A stretch of DNA of 64,000 nt from Octopus vulgaris (taxonomy: Eukaryota): assembly GCA_951406725.2 (NCBI GenBank), contig OX597835.1, positions 29,946,001-30,010,000 on the forward strand, in the 5' to 3' direction. The notes under the pieces were generated by a model, which was not told the origin of the DNA, did not search any database, and saw only the letters and a program-made list of their open reading frames with translations. The stretch's first letter is position 1. Each line of letters begins with the position of its first letter. The position numbers were made by a program, and so were the translations under genes. Positions 15,597 to 27,867 of the stretch are shown in pieces.

Positions 15597-15682
15597 TGTA
15601 TATATACATGTAGATGTAAGTATGTACATATATGTATGTATATATGCATATATTTCATTTATTTATTATATTGTTATTATAT
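14469..15682 (+). mobile_element. Non-coding element with ~340-bp direct repeats (14469-14805, 15299-15682), Penelope pLTR/retrozyme-like
   Basis: Near-identical direct repeats bracket ~500 bp of pyrimidine-rich sequence. Each repeat contains CCTTCGAAAC...CTGATGAAGG. A third family copy lies at 38877-39141 (-). Confidence 0.6.
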
Positions 15683-15689
15683 ATATATA

Positions 15690-16103
15690 CTCTTTACTCT
15701 TTTTACTCTTTTAATTGTTTCAGTCATTTGACTGCGGCCATGCTGGAGCACCGCCTTTAATCGAGCAAATCGACCTCGGGACTTATTCTTTTGTAAGCCT
15801 AGTACATATTCTATCGGTCTCTTTTGCCGAACCGCTAAGTAACGGGGACATAAACACACCAGCATCGGTTGTCAAGCAATGCTAGGGGGACAAACACAGA
15901 TACACAAACGCACACACATATATATATATATATACATATATACGACAGGCTTCTTTCAGTGTCCGTCTACCAAATCCACTCACAAGGCATTGGTCGGCCC
16001 GGGGCTATAGCAGAAGACACTTGCCCAAGTTGCCACGCAGTGGGACTGAACCCGGAACTATGTGGTTGGTTAGCAAGCTACTTACCACACAGCCACTCCT
16101 GCG

Positions 16104-16106
<3 letters not shown>
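15690..16106 (-). mobile_element. SINE family B, full length (tRNA head, CORE-like block, internal microsatellite, LINE-like tail)
   Basis: GGCGCAGGAGTGGCTGTGTGGTAAG...GGTTCAGTCCC...TTGGGCAAGTGTCTTCT...(AT/GT)n...GGCGGTGCTCCAGCATGGCCGCAG...(GTAAAAGA)n. Confidence 0.88.
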
Positions 16107-16152
<46 letters not shown>

Positions 16153-16629
16153 AGAAAAAGAATAGTGTCAGAATTTTGGATAATTTTTTATTAACGCTTT
16201 TGATCATTTATCGAACTCGTCAAGGTAAAATCAAAATGGTACGACAGAACGTTTCGTTGTTCATTTATCTGAATCGGATGTTTTTTTTTTTTTTTCGTCT
16301 TCTAAAGACGACAACATATATTTGTTTTTTGGGGGAGGAATTAAAGAAAGAGAGAAAGACAAGCAATGACTTATCCCCTCAATCCACAATTTCAGGCTTT
16401 GTGCCTATTTTAGGATTGTTGGGTTATGTGGGGGGGGGGGGTCTGTGAGATATCAGTGTGTCTTGTTGCATCACGAATGCTCTTCCACTACGTATGGACT
16501 TCATTCAACCGTGATCTAACATCTGCTTCCAACACCTCTTTTTACCAGCGAAAATAATCTTAAGACGTTGTTGAAAGATGTGAAGTGGCATTACACTTGT
16601 TGGAACGTTAGTGTAAGTCAGAAGGTTCA

Positions 16630-16913
16630 TACATGTATATATATATATATATGAATATATATACACATATATACATATATATATTCATATACATATATAT
16701 CTATATATATATATATGTATATATGTATATATACACACATATATACATATATATATATGTATATATATATGTGTATAAAAACATATATACATATATATAT
16801 ATATATTTATATATATATATACATATATATGAATATATATATATATATATATATGTATATATGTGTATATATAAATATATATGTATATATATATACATGA
16901 ATGCATACATATG

Positions 16914-16986
<73 letters not shown>

Positions 16987-17037
16987 AAATATATGTGTAT
17001 ATATACATATATATATATATATGTATGCATTCATATA

Positions 17038-17069
<32 letters not shown>

Positions 17070-17090
17070 CATATATATACAGATATATAC

Positions 17091-17139
<49 letters not shown>

Positions 17140-17174
17140 TGCATATATATACATATATATACACATATGCATTC

Positions 17175-17215
<41 letters not shown>

Positions 17216-17270
17216 TATACATATATTTGTATATGTATGTACCTATCTATCTATCTATCTATCTATCGGC
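16630..17270. repeat. Long compound (AT)n microsatellite (representative of dozens of AT, AC, AG, GATA, CATA and AAT arrays)
   Basis: Direct inspection. Confidence 0.95.
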
Positions 17271-17352
17271 AGACGTAGATATATGTATGTCTAAGAGTAC
17301 ACATCTGTTGGTCTGCCAACTCATTGTTCTAACCTGTATATATTTGAGCATT

Positions 17353-17410
<58 letters not shown>

Positions 17411-17827
17411 ATATATACCTATCTTGTACTTCACAATGCATCAATCAGAGCCGGGTTACCACCAAATTTCGCGCCTCCAACCCACAAAAGATTAGCACGA
17501 ACGAAAATCACAACTTTAGATGTCCAGTTGATAAAAATTTATAACGACCGCAACATCAACATCTGCATGAAAAACAGAGCCATATAAATAATAACGATAA
17601 CCACAACAACAACAACAATAACAGTGGGAGCAAAGAAATTGCAAATAACCGAAAATGAGGGAAATAAAATTGTTTGTAGGGAGGTCCGTGAGGATTGAAG
17701 GTTTTATAATGAAAAATTCATAACAGAGAATGCGAGACAAAATGTCGGTACGATTTCATGATATCAAAGCGGTAATCTCCTGTCAAAATGGCGCAAACGA
17801 TATATACATATACATACACATAAATAC

Positions 17828-17889
<62 letters not shown>

Positions 17890-18230
17890 ATACATGTATA
17901 TATATATGTATGTATGCATATATGTATATATTTGTCCACGCATAATGTATTTGTGTACAATAAATATTTCCTTAACAAAAATACCAAACATTAGCTTTCT
18001 TTCTACTGCTACTTGTATGATTTATATATATCTGATCATGAGGATCCTGTTTAATATCTGGCCGGTGTAGAGACGTGTTTGTGAATGTGTGTGTGCCTGT
18101 GTGTGTGTCTGTGTGTGTGTTCGTGTGCGCGTGCGTGTATATATATATATGTGAGTCAATGTGTGTATGCATTAATGAAAATGCGTAAATACATTATATG
18201 CAATATATAAATGTGCCGATAGGTATATGA

Positions 18231-18263
<33 letters not shown>

Positions 18264-18430
18264 CGCGCGCGCGTGTGTGTGTGTGCGTGTATGTGTATGT
18301 GTGTGCTTGTGTGTGTGCATATGCACATATATATATAACATATGTGTTATATATATGTGTGTGTGCGCGCGTGTATGTGTATGTGTGTGCTTGTGTGTGT
18401 GCATATGCACATATATATATAACATATATG

Positions 18431-18498
<68 letters not shown>

Positions 18499-18696
18499 TG
18501 TGTATATTTATACTTATATAGTAGCTAGGTGTATCGATTGAATAAAATATTGGCAGACAGACATTATAAATTGTACTTAAAATACAGCAATTTCGCTTCA
18601 GTTTTTACGTTCGCATTTCTCCTCTCCCTTTCCTCCCTCTACGTTTCTCTCTATGTATTTATACATATATGCATATATGCATATATATACATATGC

Positions 18697-18755
<59 letters not shown>

Positions 18756-19279
18756 ATATGGTTTTGTATACATATGTAAATAAGTATACCCGTTAATGTT
18801 TTCGTTTTATGTTCACTTCTTAAAAAAAAAAACAATGTTACATTAAACTAATGGGTTATTTTTTACTTTTGTAAAGTACAAATTTGTTATTGTTAAACAA
18901 GAAACACGATTGTTCAACTGGTCGGAACTTCGAAGTCACTGTCCATAATATTCTTGTTTAAGATATATATATATATATATATATACATATATATATGTCT
19001 CCGGCAGGGGATGGTGGTGATCCCTGCTGTACTCTTTCACCACAACTTTCTCTCACTCTTTCTTCCTGTTTCTGTTGTACCTGTATTTCAAAAGAATCAG
19101 CCTTGTCACACTCTGTGTCACGCTGAATTTCCTCGAGAACTACGTTAAGGGTACACGTGTCTGTGGAGTGCTCGAATACTCTGGAAGGTGCTCGAAAAAT
19201 AGAAGCTGTTACCCTAGTTCGCTGGTAGTGATCAGCTGACACTGTACTATATATCCAGCGTTAGAAGCTGTGCAAAGGC

Positions 19280-19321
<42 letters not shown>

Positions 19322-19322
<1 letters not shown>

Positions 19323-19492
19323 TTCAGTCAAACCGCGTGGCAACTCGGGCAAGTGTCTTCTACTTTAGCCTCGGGCTGATCAAAGCCTTGTGGGTGGATT
19401 TGGTTGACGGAAACTAAAAGATGCCCGTCGTATTTCTACGTATATATATCTATGTGTGTGCTTGTTTGCGCGCGCGCGCGTGTGTGTATGCA

Positions 19493-19551
<59 letters not shown>

Positions 19552-19760
19552 CTGTGTTTGTCCACCAAAACCGCTATCCCTTGACAACGAATGCTGGTGT
19601 GTTTATGTCCCCGTTACCGGCAAAAGAGACCGATAGAATATGTATGAGGCTTACAAAGAATAAGTCTTGCGGTCGATTTCTTCGTATGAAATCCTTTCAG
19701 GCAGTGCTCCAGCATGGCTGCAGTCAGGTGACAGAAACAATTGAAAGAATGAAAGAATAC
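19322..19760 (+). mobile_element. SINE family B
   Basis: Same blocks as above, with a (GT)n centre. Confidence 0.8.
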
Positions 19761-20867
19761 AAATACTCATCGTATTGCTAAGAATATATTAAGGAAAATA
19801 TAGACAAGAATCCTGTGGAGGACAATTTTTTTCTTCGTCTTTCTATATATAATACATTAAAAGTCAGTTACAATCTTGCTTGCTTGCAATGTTACTCAGA
19901 CAAACTGGTGCATAATAGGAAAATACTATGAATTAAATTTATCCTGAAATGTTAATAGAAACAGAATGAAACAAGTTTCGCGTAAAATGGAGCAGTAGTT
20001 AATGAGATATTCGCGGCTTGGGGTAAAAATGCTCCAAAACGGTTCATAATGGGAAAATGTTCCGAATTTAACTTCAACCTGAAAGGGAAGAAACTCTAAC
20101 CTTTCGATTAGACTGATTTGACAACGAAAAAATACGTTTTGTGTTTTTATAGTTAATATATATACATACAACCTTCGACCGAGTAACAGTCATATGCACA
20201 ACTTGAACAGACACACGTATCAATGCATAAACACACGTGTACATATACATACACAAACACACACACGAAGATACGTCTACACAGTTACATACGTAAATGC
20301 TCACATACATACATACATACATACTTACTTAATACATACTTACATGCATACATACAGATTATATACATGCGTATATGTGTATGTACATGCATACGCTTGT
20401 ACACATCTGCATAGGTATATGCGTATAAGTATGCATGCACACATACACACACACATAGATATATACATACATACATTTATATATATTTATATATATACGC
20501 AAATAAATATTATGAACTTCGTAACCTCGGTGTAAAAGTTTTTCCCTAGGGTTTTGTCCGAGTGCATTCAACATTATCTCACCTCCAAAGATTTGGCTGC
20601 TATTTCTAGTACGCCCTGCTACTACATAACAGCTATTTGCAATAAAGGATCCGACATACTTGTTACGTGGTAGCAGGGCGTGCAAGAAATAGCAGCCAAA
20701 TCTTTCCTTTTCTGGGGCAAAGGAGCCATTTACGCGTGATTTCGAAGTTACATTCGTTGAAAGCAAGCGAAATAACCTGGAAAAAGACCCCTACGAAACA
20801 CAACTCCGTTGCTGGGAAACTGAGTTTCCCGATGACCCAAACGGGTCACGCGTAGTCTATTTTTAGG

Positions 20868-21040
20868 TATTTTTATTTTTATCTAGTTTCAGTTCAAGAG
20901 CTGTGGCTATGCTGGGGCACCGCCATTTGGTGTTGCTACATGATTTTACTTCACGAATGCTTTTTAGCAATTGCTATTTGGTGCATGAGAGAGTTCGATG
21001 CAGCTGCCCTCATCTGCACCTCCTGCCGTGAAGTTGGTTC
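20868..21040 (-). mobile_element. Extreme 3' end of a CR1-like LINE whose tail is shared with SINE family B
   Basis: The minus strand encodes EPTSRQEVQMRAAASNSLMHQ..* and is followed by GGCGGTGCCCCAGCATAGCCACAG..CTGAAACTAGATAAAA, the same tail motif that ends family-B SINEs. Confidence 0.6.
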
Positions 21041-21885
21041 TTTTTTTTTTTTTAATGTAGACCGGAAATGAGCTTCAGTTTCGTTGACAAATTCCAATAC
21101 TCACCCGTAAGTCACCCAGGTCTCTACTTTGAGTTGAGGACTCATGACAAGTAAATATTAGAACACATTTAAAACCATACATTCTTATATTTATACACAC
21201 ATGCGCGCGCTTACATAGATGTAAATATTCAAATACATAAGGGGAGAGTAGCTAACACAGTTAATTCGATTCCAATTCCAAAAGAATCAAAAACCTTTTG
21301 AATAATTTGGCATCTGTAAACCTTCTTAAGAACAAACGCAAGAATTTCAACCCTGCACTCCACCCCACCACCACCCACACTCACACACACGCACACACAC
21401 ATACAGATACATATACACATACACACTTCCCCCATTGCATATACATCCACATATTTACAAACATATAAACAATATGTTCTACATTCTGTTTTACATGTGT
21501 TCTACGTTTTAGCGTTTTCCAATTTGACATTATCGTGCATCCATATAATTGGCGAAGAAGCCGCGTAAACTGTTCATAATTGCCCAGTGTTTGTTGCTAA
21601 ATTAGCCGTACATAAGAAACTTATATGCTTGATTCAAGCCCATGCTGTGTTGTTCACAGATACAAGGCAATCAGACGGAGGGTATGGGAGGCTCTGCGTG
21701 CCAGACAATCACTCCTGCTGAGATACTGCGAGTGTGTATGGGTGTGTGTGAGAGAGAGAGAGAGTGAGTGTGTAATTGTGTTTGTGTTTGTGTGTGCGTA
21801 TGTACGAACATGCGGACACACTTCTATATACACATACATATGTGTATGTACACCTCTGTATGTGTGTATGTGTGTGTATACATAC

Positions 21886-21988
<103 letters not shown>

Positions 21989-22118
21989 TATACATATATA
22001 TATATGTGTGTGTGTATGTGTGTATGTATGTATGTATTTATGTATATAAAGTTTTCGTGAATGCATCTGTGTGTGTGGCATATTGAGCATATCTACATTT
22101 GTTTTTGCATTTGAGCTA

Positions 22119-22187
<69 letters not shown>

Positions 22188-22291
22188 GCTTACCATCTTA
22201 GCGAGTTATCTGTATACATATATTCAATATATATACTTTGAAATTTAGAGGTATGTCAGTAGACAACATATATATATATATATTTATATAC

Positions 22292-22347
<56 letters not shown>

Positions 22348-22419
22348 GTATATATAAAACCATACGTCCTTATATTCATACACACACACACATATAAAGA
22401 TATTTCGTACGTGTGCCCC

Positions 22420-23150
22420 AGAAAATAGTCAATGAAGAAGACCGAACTCAACTCCAGTCTGATCTACATGCTGTGAGTCAATGGGCAGACGAAAACAAAA
22501 TGCAACTAAACGGGAGAAAATTTGTACTGATGCATTTTGGAAAAAAGACTACACTAAAACATCCATACTCTCTTCTTTTAAGGAAACCCCTCACAGCATC
22601 TAATAATACCAGAGACCCAGGAGTAATTGTTGATAGCAATCTCAGTCGGAGTGCCCACATCAACAATAATGTCGATATAGCTCGTAGGATGAGCTCCTGG
22701 ATCTTAAGCGCCTTCCGGCCCAGAGAACAAGGTGTCACCATTCCACTTTTCTCCTTTGTAAAGTCACACCTCGAATACTACTGCCCCCTATGGTCTCCCC
22801 ATACCAAAGAAAGCATCTCGAAGATTGAATCAACCCAGAGGGCATTCACTAAACGAATTAAGGGCATGACTAATCTCGATTACTGGGGCCGTCTTAAAGC
22901 GTTGAAACTCTACTCTCTCCAGCACCATACATCATTTCCACGATGTGGAGAGTATAGCGACTGCATTGCGCAAACGACCTGAAGATTAGCTTCAAAATTC
23001 ATCCAAGGCTAGGACCACGAGCCATACGTCCCCTAACCAACACATAAAGGATCACAACACATAAATACACTGCAATACAATTTCTTTTCCTCAACAGGAC
23101 CTGCCCTATTTAACATTAACCCCAAAAAGATCAATAGGGAAAAGGATATA
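22420..23150 (+). mobile_element. Degenerate CR1-like LINE ORF2 fragment (post-RT region)
   Basis: LQSDL..V.QWA..NKMQLN..K, D(L)GVIVDSNL, SHLEYYCPLWSPH...KIESTQRAFTK, DYWGRLKALKLYSLQ are typical CR1-group motifs. Confidence 0.85.
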
Positions 23151-23248
23151 AAAAAAGAACACAACTTTCAAATGCATGTATATATATGTGTGTGTGTATT
23201 TATAAATATATATACACACATACATTTATACATATATATATACATTGT

Positions 23249-23357
23249 GCCCTGGTGGCACAATCGGTTAGCGCGCCGTACTTATAGAGAGTACCTTCGC
23301 CGTGCGAGTCACGGATGAGGAATGCGGAGGTTGTGAGTTCGAACCTCACCTGGGACA
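23249..23357 (+). tRNA. tRNA-Ile-TAT: Intron-containing tRNA-Ile(TAT) gene or pseudogene; 35-nt intron at 23287-23321
   Basis: Cloverleaf: GCCCTGG/CTGGGAC-A acceptor, D arm GCAC-AATCGGTTA-GCGC, anticodon stem CCGTA/TGCGG with TAT at 23283-23285, intron at the canonical 37/38 position, T arm GTGAG-TTCGAAC-CTCAC, TTTT at 23364-23367. Mismatches C2-A71 and A12-C23. Confidence 0.88.
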
Positions 23358-23451
23358 CTGATATTTTGTCGTATATTTAATGGCGGTGCCCCAGCATGGC
23401 CACAGTTCGTGAGCTGAAACTAGATAAAATGAAAAATGCATGAATATAATC

Positions 23452-23743
23452 TATCTATCTATCCGCTCAGTCCAAGTTGACTCTCGGTTACTCTATGGAT
23501 TAGTGTCCTCCAGTCAGTTCTATCCTGGGCCGCTTCTTTCAGATTGGCTATGTCCATTCCGGTATCACTCTTGATGGTGTCAAGCCAGCGGGTTCTTGGT
23601 CGGCCTCTTCCTCTCTTGCCACTGACCATTCCGAGCATGATGTCCTTCTCCAGGGATTTTCTCCGCATAATATGACCAAAATATGCCAATCTATGCTTGG
23701 TGATCCTAGCTTCTAGTGACATTTTCGGCCTTATCTGCTTAAC

Positions 23744-23745
<2 letters not shown>
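23452..23745 (-). mobile_element. 3' fragment of an RTE/BovB-like LINE
   Basis: SLEARITKHRLAYFGHIMRR.SLEKDIMLG.VSGKRGRGRPRTRWLD...AQDR..WR..IHRVTES is the RTE/BovB-type C-terminus. A (GATA)-like tail follows. Confidence 0.88.
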
Positions 23746-23778
<33 letters not shown>

Positions 23779-23925
23779 TGTGTGTGTCTGTGTGTGTGTG
23801 TATGCCTATTCTTTCTTTGTGGGTTGTCATGTCTATCAATGTTTTATGTAGAGAGAAATCTCTCGACAATTAACAAACCTGTCTCACACACACATAAACG
23901 GACTCACACACAGACACACACGCTC

Positions 23926-23965
<40 letters not shown>

Positions 23966-24150
23966 ATATTTATAAATGAGGGTGAAAAATTGATATTAAT
24001 TTAATAATACCATTAATTTAACACCAAATGGCTTAGCACGTAAAACTAGGGAGATAATACAAATTTATACATAAATTATTAGAGAGTTACCACTATGTGG
24101 ATAGCTCTAGTGCTAAAAATAGCTCCAGAGCTATCCACATAGTGGTAATT

Positions 24151-24181
<31 letters not shown>

Positions 24182-24432
24182 CCATATATTGTAATATATG
24201 ACTTCAAGTAATCCGGTAGTACTGCAAAATAAAAAAAACCTCTACCTTTCTGTCATCGTACAAAACATACAGAATATACAGTCCGACACAGGAGAAGACG
24301 CGCAAGGCGTGTATAAAGTCACATATGAGAGAGAATTAATTTGATAAAATTTTATTTAACAGTGAGAAAAATCTAATGTCACGACAAAGTGTGGTTTCGA
24401 AACTTAAGCATTTAAATATTCTATATTATTAT

Positions 24433-24695
24433 CACTGTGATCGACGAGGCTATCAGATGTTGCTACACATCGCTGGTCATAATGCGCTTCGCATTGTTTT
24501 AGCCTTCTAATGACGCCACCCCTCTGGTTAAGTGAGCAGGCCAACAAAAGAAAGAGTGAGAGAAAGTTGTGGCGAAAGAGTACAGCAGGGATCTCCACCA
24601 CCCCATGTCGGAGCCTGTTGGAGCTTTTAGGTGTTTTCGCTCAATAAACACTCACAACGCCCGGCCTGGGAATCGAAACCGCGCTCCTACGAGCG
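24433..24695 (-). mobile_element. tRNA-derived SINE family C (related fragment at 19001-19175 +)
   Basis: B box GGTTTCGATTCCC on the minus strand. The block GATCCCTGCTGTACTCTTTC-CCACAACTTTCTCTCACTCTTTCTT is shared with 19001-19175. Confidence 0.7.
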
Positions 24696-24733
24696 ATGAT
24701 GGGAGAGAAACACAAATCAAAATAAATGCGCAC

Positions 24734-24799
<66 letters not shown>

Positions 24800-25454
24800 T
24801 GTGTCTATCTAGCTATCTATATATCTATCTGTCTATCGATCGATCTCCTCCTCCTCCTCCCCATCTCTCTCTATATATATACATATATATATTGTTATAC
24901 ACATAAACATATATGCATATAAATATGTATATATCTGTATATATACATTCATACACACACACATATATATATGTGTGTATATATATATACGTTTATATAT
25001 ATATGCATATAAATATATATGTGCATGTTAGTTTATATATATTTTTGTGTGTGTATATATATATATATATATATTTCGTTTTTGTATTTGGTTCGCAAGA
25101 TTCTTTATATGAGTTCGTGTGTTGAAGCATATTCTGTTGTGTCTATGTTATAGTGCTAATAGTGTTAATAGAGATTGTTGCGTTGATATTGATGGAGTGG
25201 TAGTTTCGGGTTCTCTGATGACCTTAGTGTTAGCGTTGCTAGTAGCAACGTTGATATTGTTACTGGTAATGGGTGGTAGTTGTGAATGTACAAGTACCGA
25301 TTGTATTCTTATGCACCAACAACAACCAGTTCTAAAAGTGGTTGTTGTTGGTGCAACGCGGGTGGCTGTACCGTCTGAAGGCATGGGACCCCTGAACAGT
25401 TGCCCAGGGGCTTCACTGGTTCAGGGTTCCAGTTCTGATCTACGTGTGCTGTAG

Positions 25455-25625
25455 CTTGCGGCATTTCGCCCCTCTTTACGTTCTCAGTTCAAATGCCGCT
25501 AAGGTCTAGTCAGCCTTTCATCCTTTTCGGGGTCGATAAAATAAGTACCAGTTGAGTACTGGGGGCGATGTAATCGAATTATCCCCCCCCCCCAACTTGC
25601 TGGCCTTGTGCCAAAATTTGAAATC
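25455..25625 (+). mobile_element. SINE family A, 5'-truncated
   Basis: B-box remnant and GCCTTTCATCCTTTTCGGGGTCGATAAAATAAGTACCAG domain. Confidence 0.75.
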
Positions 25626-26182
25626 AACATTTCACAGCATTCTGCATGTGTACTCTCATTCTAGACATGTACTCACATTTGGAGATGTATTTTTCATCAG
25701 GACATGTACTCTCATGTACTCATGTTGTACCCTCGTATAGAGTATAGTGGTTGTAGCCGTGTTAGTAATTGTTACTAATGGTTACTGCAGTAGCATTGTT
25801 AGTCGTAGTATAATCGTTGCTGTTGTTGTAGTAATTGCTGTTGTTTTTGAGAAGTAATAATAGTAGCAGTTGTAGTAGTAATAGTAGTAGCAATAATAGT
25901 AGTAGTAATAGTAGTAGTAATTTAGTAGTAGTAGTTGAAATAGAAGTAGTAATAGTGATTTAATAGTAGTACTAATCGTAGTAGTAATTTAGTAGTGGTA
26001 GACGAAATAGAAGCAGTAGTAGTAGTCGTAGTAGTAGTAGTTGTAGTAATAATATCTATAGTTGTAGTATTTGTAGATGTGGTAGTGTTACTAGTAGTAG
26101 TAGTAGTAGTAATAGTTGTAGTAATAATAGTAGTAGTAATAGTAGTAGTAATAATAGTAGTAGTAATTTAGTAGTAGTAATT

Positions 26183-26219
<37 letters not shown>

Positions 26220-26223
26220 TGTT

Positions 26224-26284
<61 letters not shown>

Positions 26285-26722
26285 AGGTGATAACAAGAAG
26301 ATAATAATAGATACAAGTCACACGACTTATCTTATGTTTCGTGATGAAATAATCGCGATTCTTGTCTTCTGCGAAGAATTTTCGCTGCCGAACCCAAGAA
26401 TTTCTTCCAGCGATAACAGTGTTGTTTGACGGAAATATCTGTGGTAAGCCCCAAATAACTGGCTTCGGTACCGATGTTACTCATCTTCTTGAAAAGGATA
26501 CACCCCATCCTTTACTTGTCATCGCTTCGATGTTAACGCGGGATTAATTATGACAACTTAGCTGTCTATAGAATGATAGGACTTTCAATGCTGGGGTGAA
26601 ATTTATCGCGATGTGATAAATGGAACTCACCCCAAATACTATAATTGTAGATGTTTAACATCACCACATCACATCACACGATACTATATCGTGCTACAAT
26701 ATCACGCTATATACAAGGCAGT

Positions 26723-27120
26723 GAAGGCGGTGTAGGCGAACATTATTAGCACGCCGGGCGAAAGGCTTAGCAGTATTTTGTCTGCCGCTACGTTCTGAGT
26801 TCAAATTCCACCGAGGTCGACTTTGCCTTTCATCCTTTCGGGGTCGATTAAATAAGTACCAGTTACGCACTGGAGTCGATATAATCGACTTAATCCGTTT
26901 GTCTGTCCTTGTTTGTCCTCTCTGTGTGTAGCCCCTTGTTGGTAGTAAAGAAATAGGTATTTCGTCTGCCGTTACGTTCTGAGTTCAAATTCTGCCGAGG
27001 TCGACTTTGACTTTTATCCTTTCGGGCTCTATAAATTAAGTACCAGTTGCATACTGGAAGTCGATCTAATCAACTGGCACCCACCTCCAAAAGTTTCAGG
27101 CCTTGTGCCCAGAGTAGAAA
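26723..27120 (+). mobile_element. Two tandem SINE family A copies with different tails
   Basis: Copy 1 spans 26723-26957 and copy 2 about 26955-27120. Both contain GTTCTGAGTTCAAATT...GAGGTCGACTTTG. Confidence 0.85.
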
Positions 27121-27376
27121 AGAAAAGAATATACTACAATATACGCACTGTACCACATTACAGCTTTCTACAATATATTGTCCCAAACAACACTACACTG
27201 AGAGGCACTACATATATATATATAACAGAGACCGATAGAATGGCTAGAACTTGCCCTAGCGACCGCAGTCTAATGACTGTTAAGATAGAGAATTCATACA
27301 CACACACAAACACACATATATAATTGAAGTGATTGAAGATAAGAAGTGGGTATGCGTTTGGGCATTTGTTTATTAT

Positions 27377-27480
27377 TCGCTACAAATGTTTCGACACAAT
27401 GTAGTTCTCCAATAATAGAGGTATTAGAATATGCAACTGTTTGTTTGCATAATGAGATATAGTTGTGTTTCCTCAGGCGA
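27377..27480 (-). ncRNA. Type I hammerhead-like motif in the left arm of an inverted repeat
   Basis: Minus strand TCGC-CTGAGGA-A-ACACAA...TTGTGT-C-GAAA-C-ATTT-G-TA-GCGA. Confidence 0.6.
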
Positions 27481-27648
27481 TATACAAGTGTTGTCTCCGT
27501 TAGTTTAGAATCTTCCACTCCAAATTCGGACAAACATGCTCTCACAGTTCGCATCATTAGAATTTCAGCCATAAACAAATTCCAACTATTACAAATAAAG
27601 AGTATAGCTTTGAAGTCGAAGATTTCAAGCAGAGACAAAATTTGTATA

Positions 27649-27751
27649 TCGCCTGAGGAAACACTACTAGATCTCATTTTGCAAACGCACAGTTGCATAA
27701 TGTAAAGCCTGTATCCTAGAGAACTACGTTGTGTCGAAACAATCGTAGTGA
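27649..27751 (+). ncRNA. Type I hammerhead-like motif in the right arm of an inverted repeat
   Basis: TCGC-CTGAGGA-A-ACAC...GTGT-C-GAAA-C-AATC-G-TA-GTGA. Confidence 0.6.
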
Positions 27752-27867
27752 ATTATAACCAAATGTCCAAATGTACTCTTTCCACTTGTCTCCAGTCTCT
27801 TCAATTTTATATTCACACACATTGAAAACCCAATTTTACGGTTCGAAGAATATAATAATGCTACCTA

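Noticed and set aside
16633-17544. Numerous YI/HT/LSIY/MYVC-repeat ORFs throughout the window
   Set aside because: Stop-free di- and tetranucleotide microsatellites.
19896-20078. Minus-strand exon candidate with a strong acceptor (TTCTTCCCTTTCAG)
   Set aside because: Weak donor and no recognisable peptide.
26320-26550. Unique sequence with short open frames on both strands
   Set aside because: No recognisable protein motif and no convincing splice-site pair.
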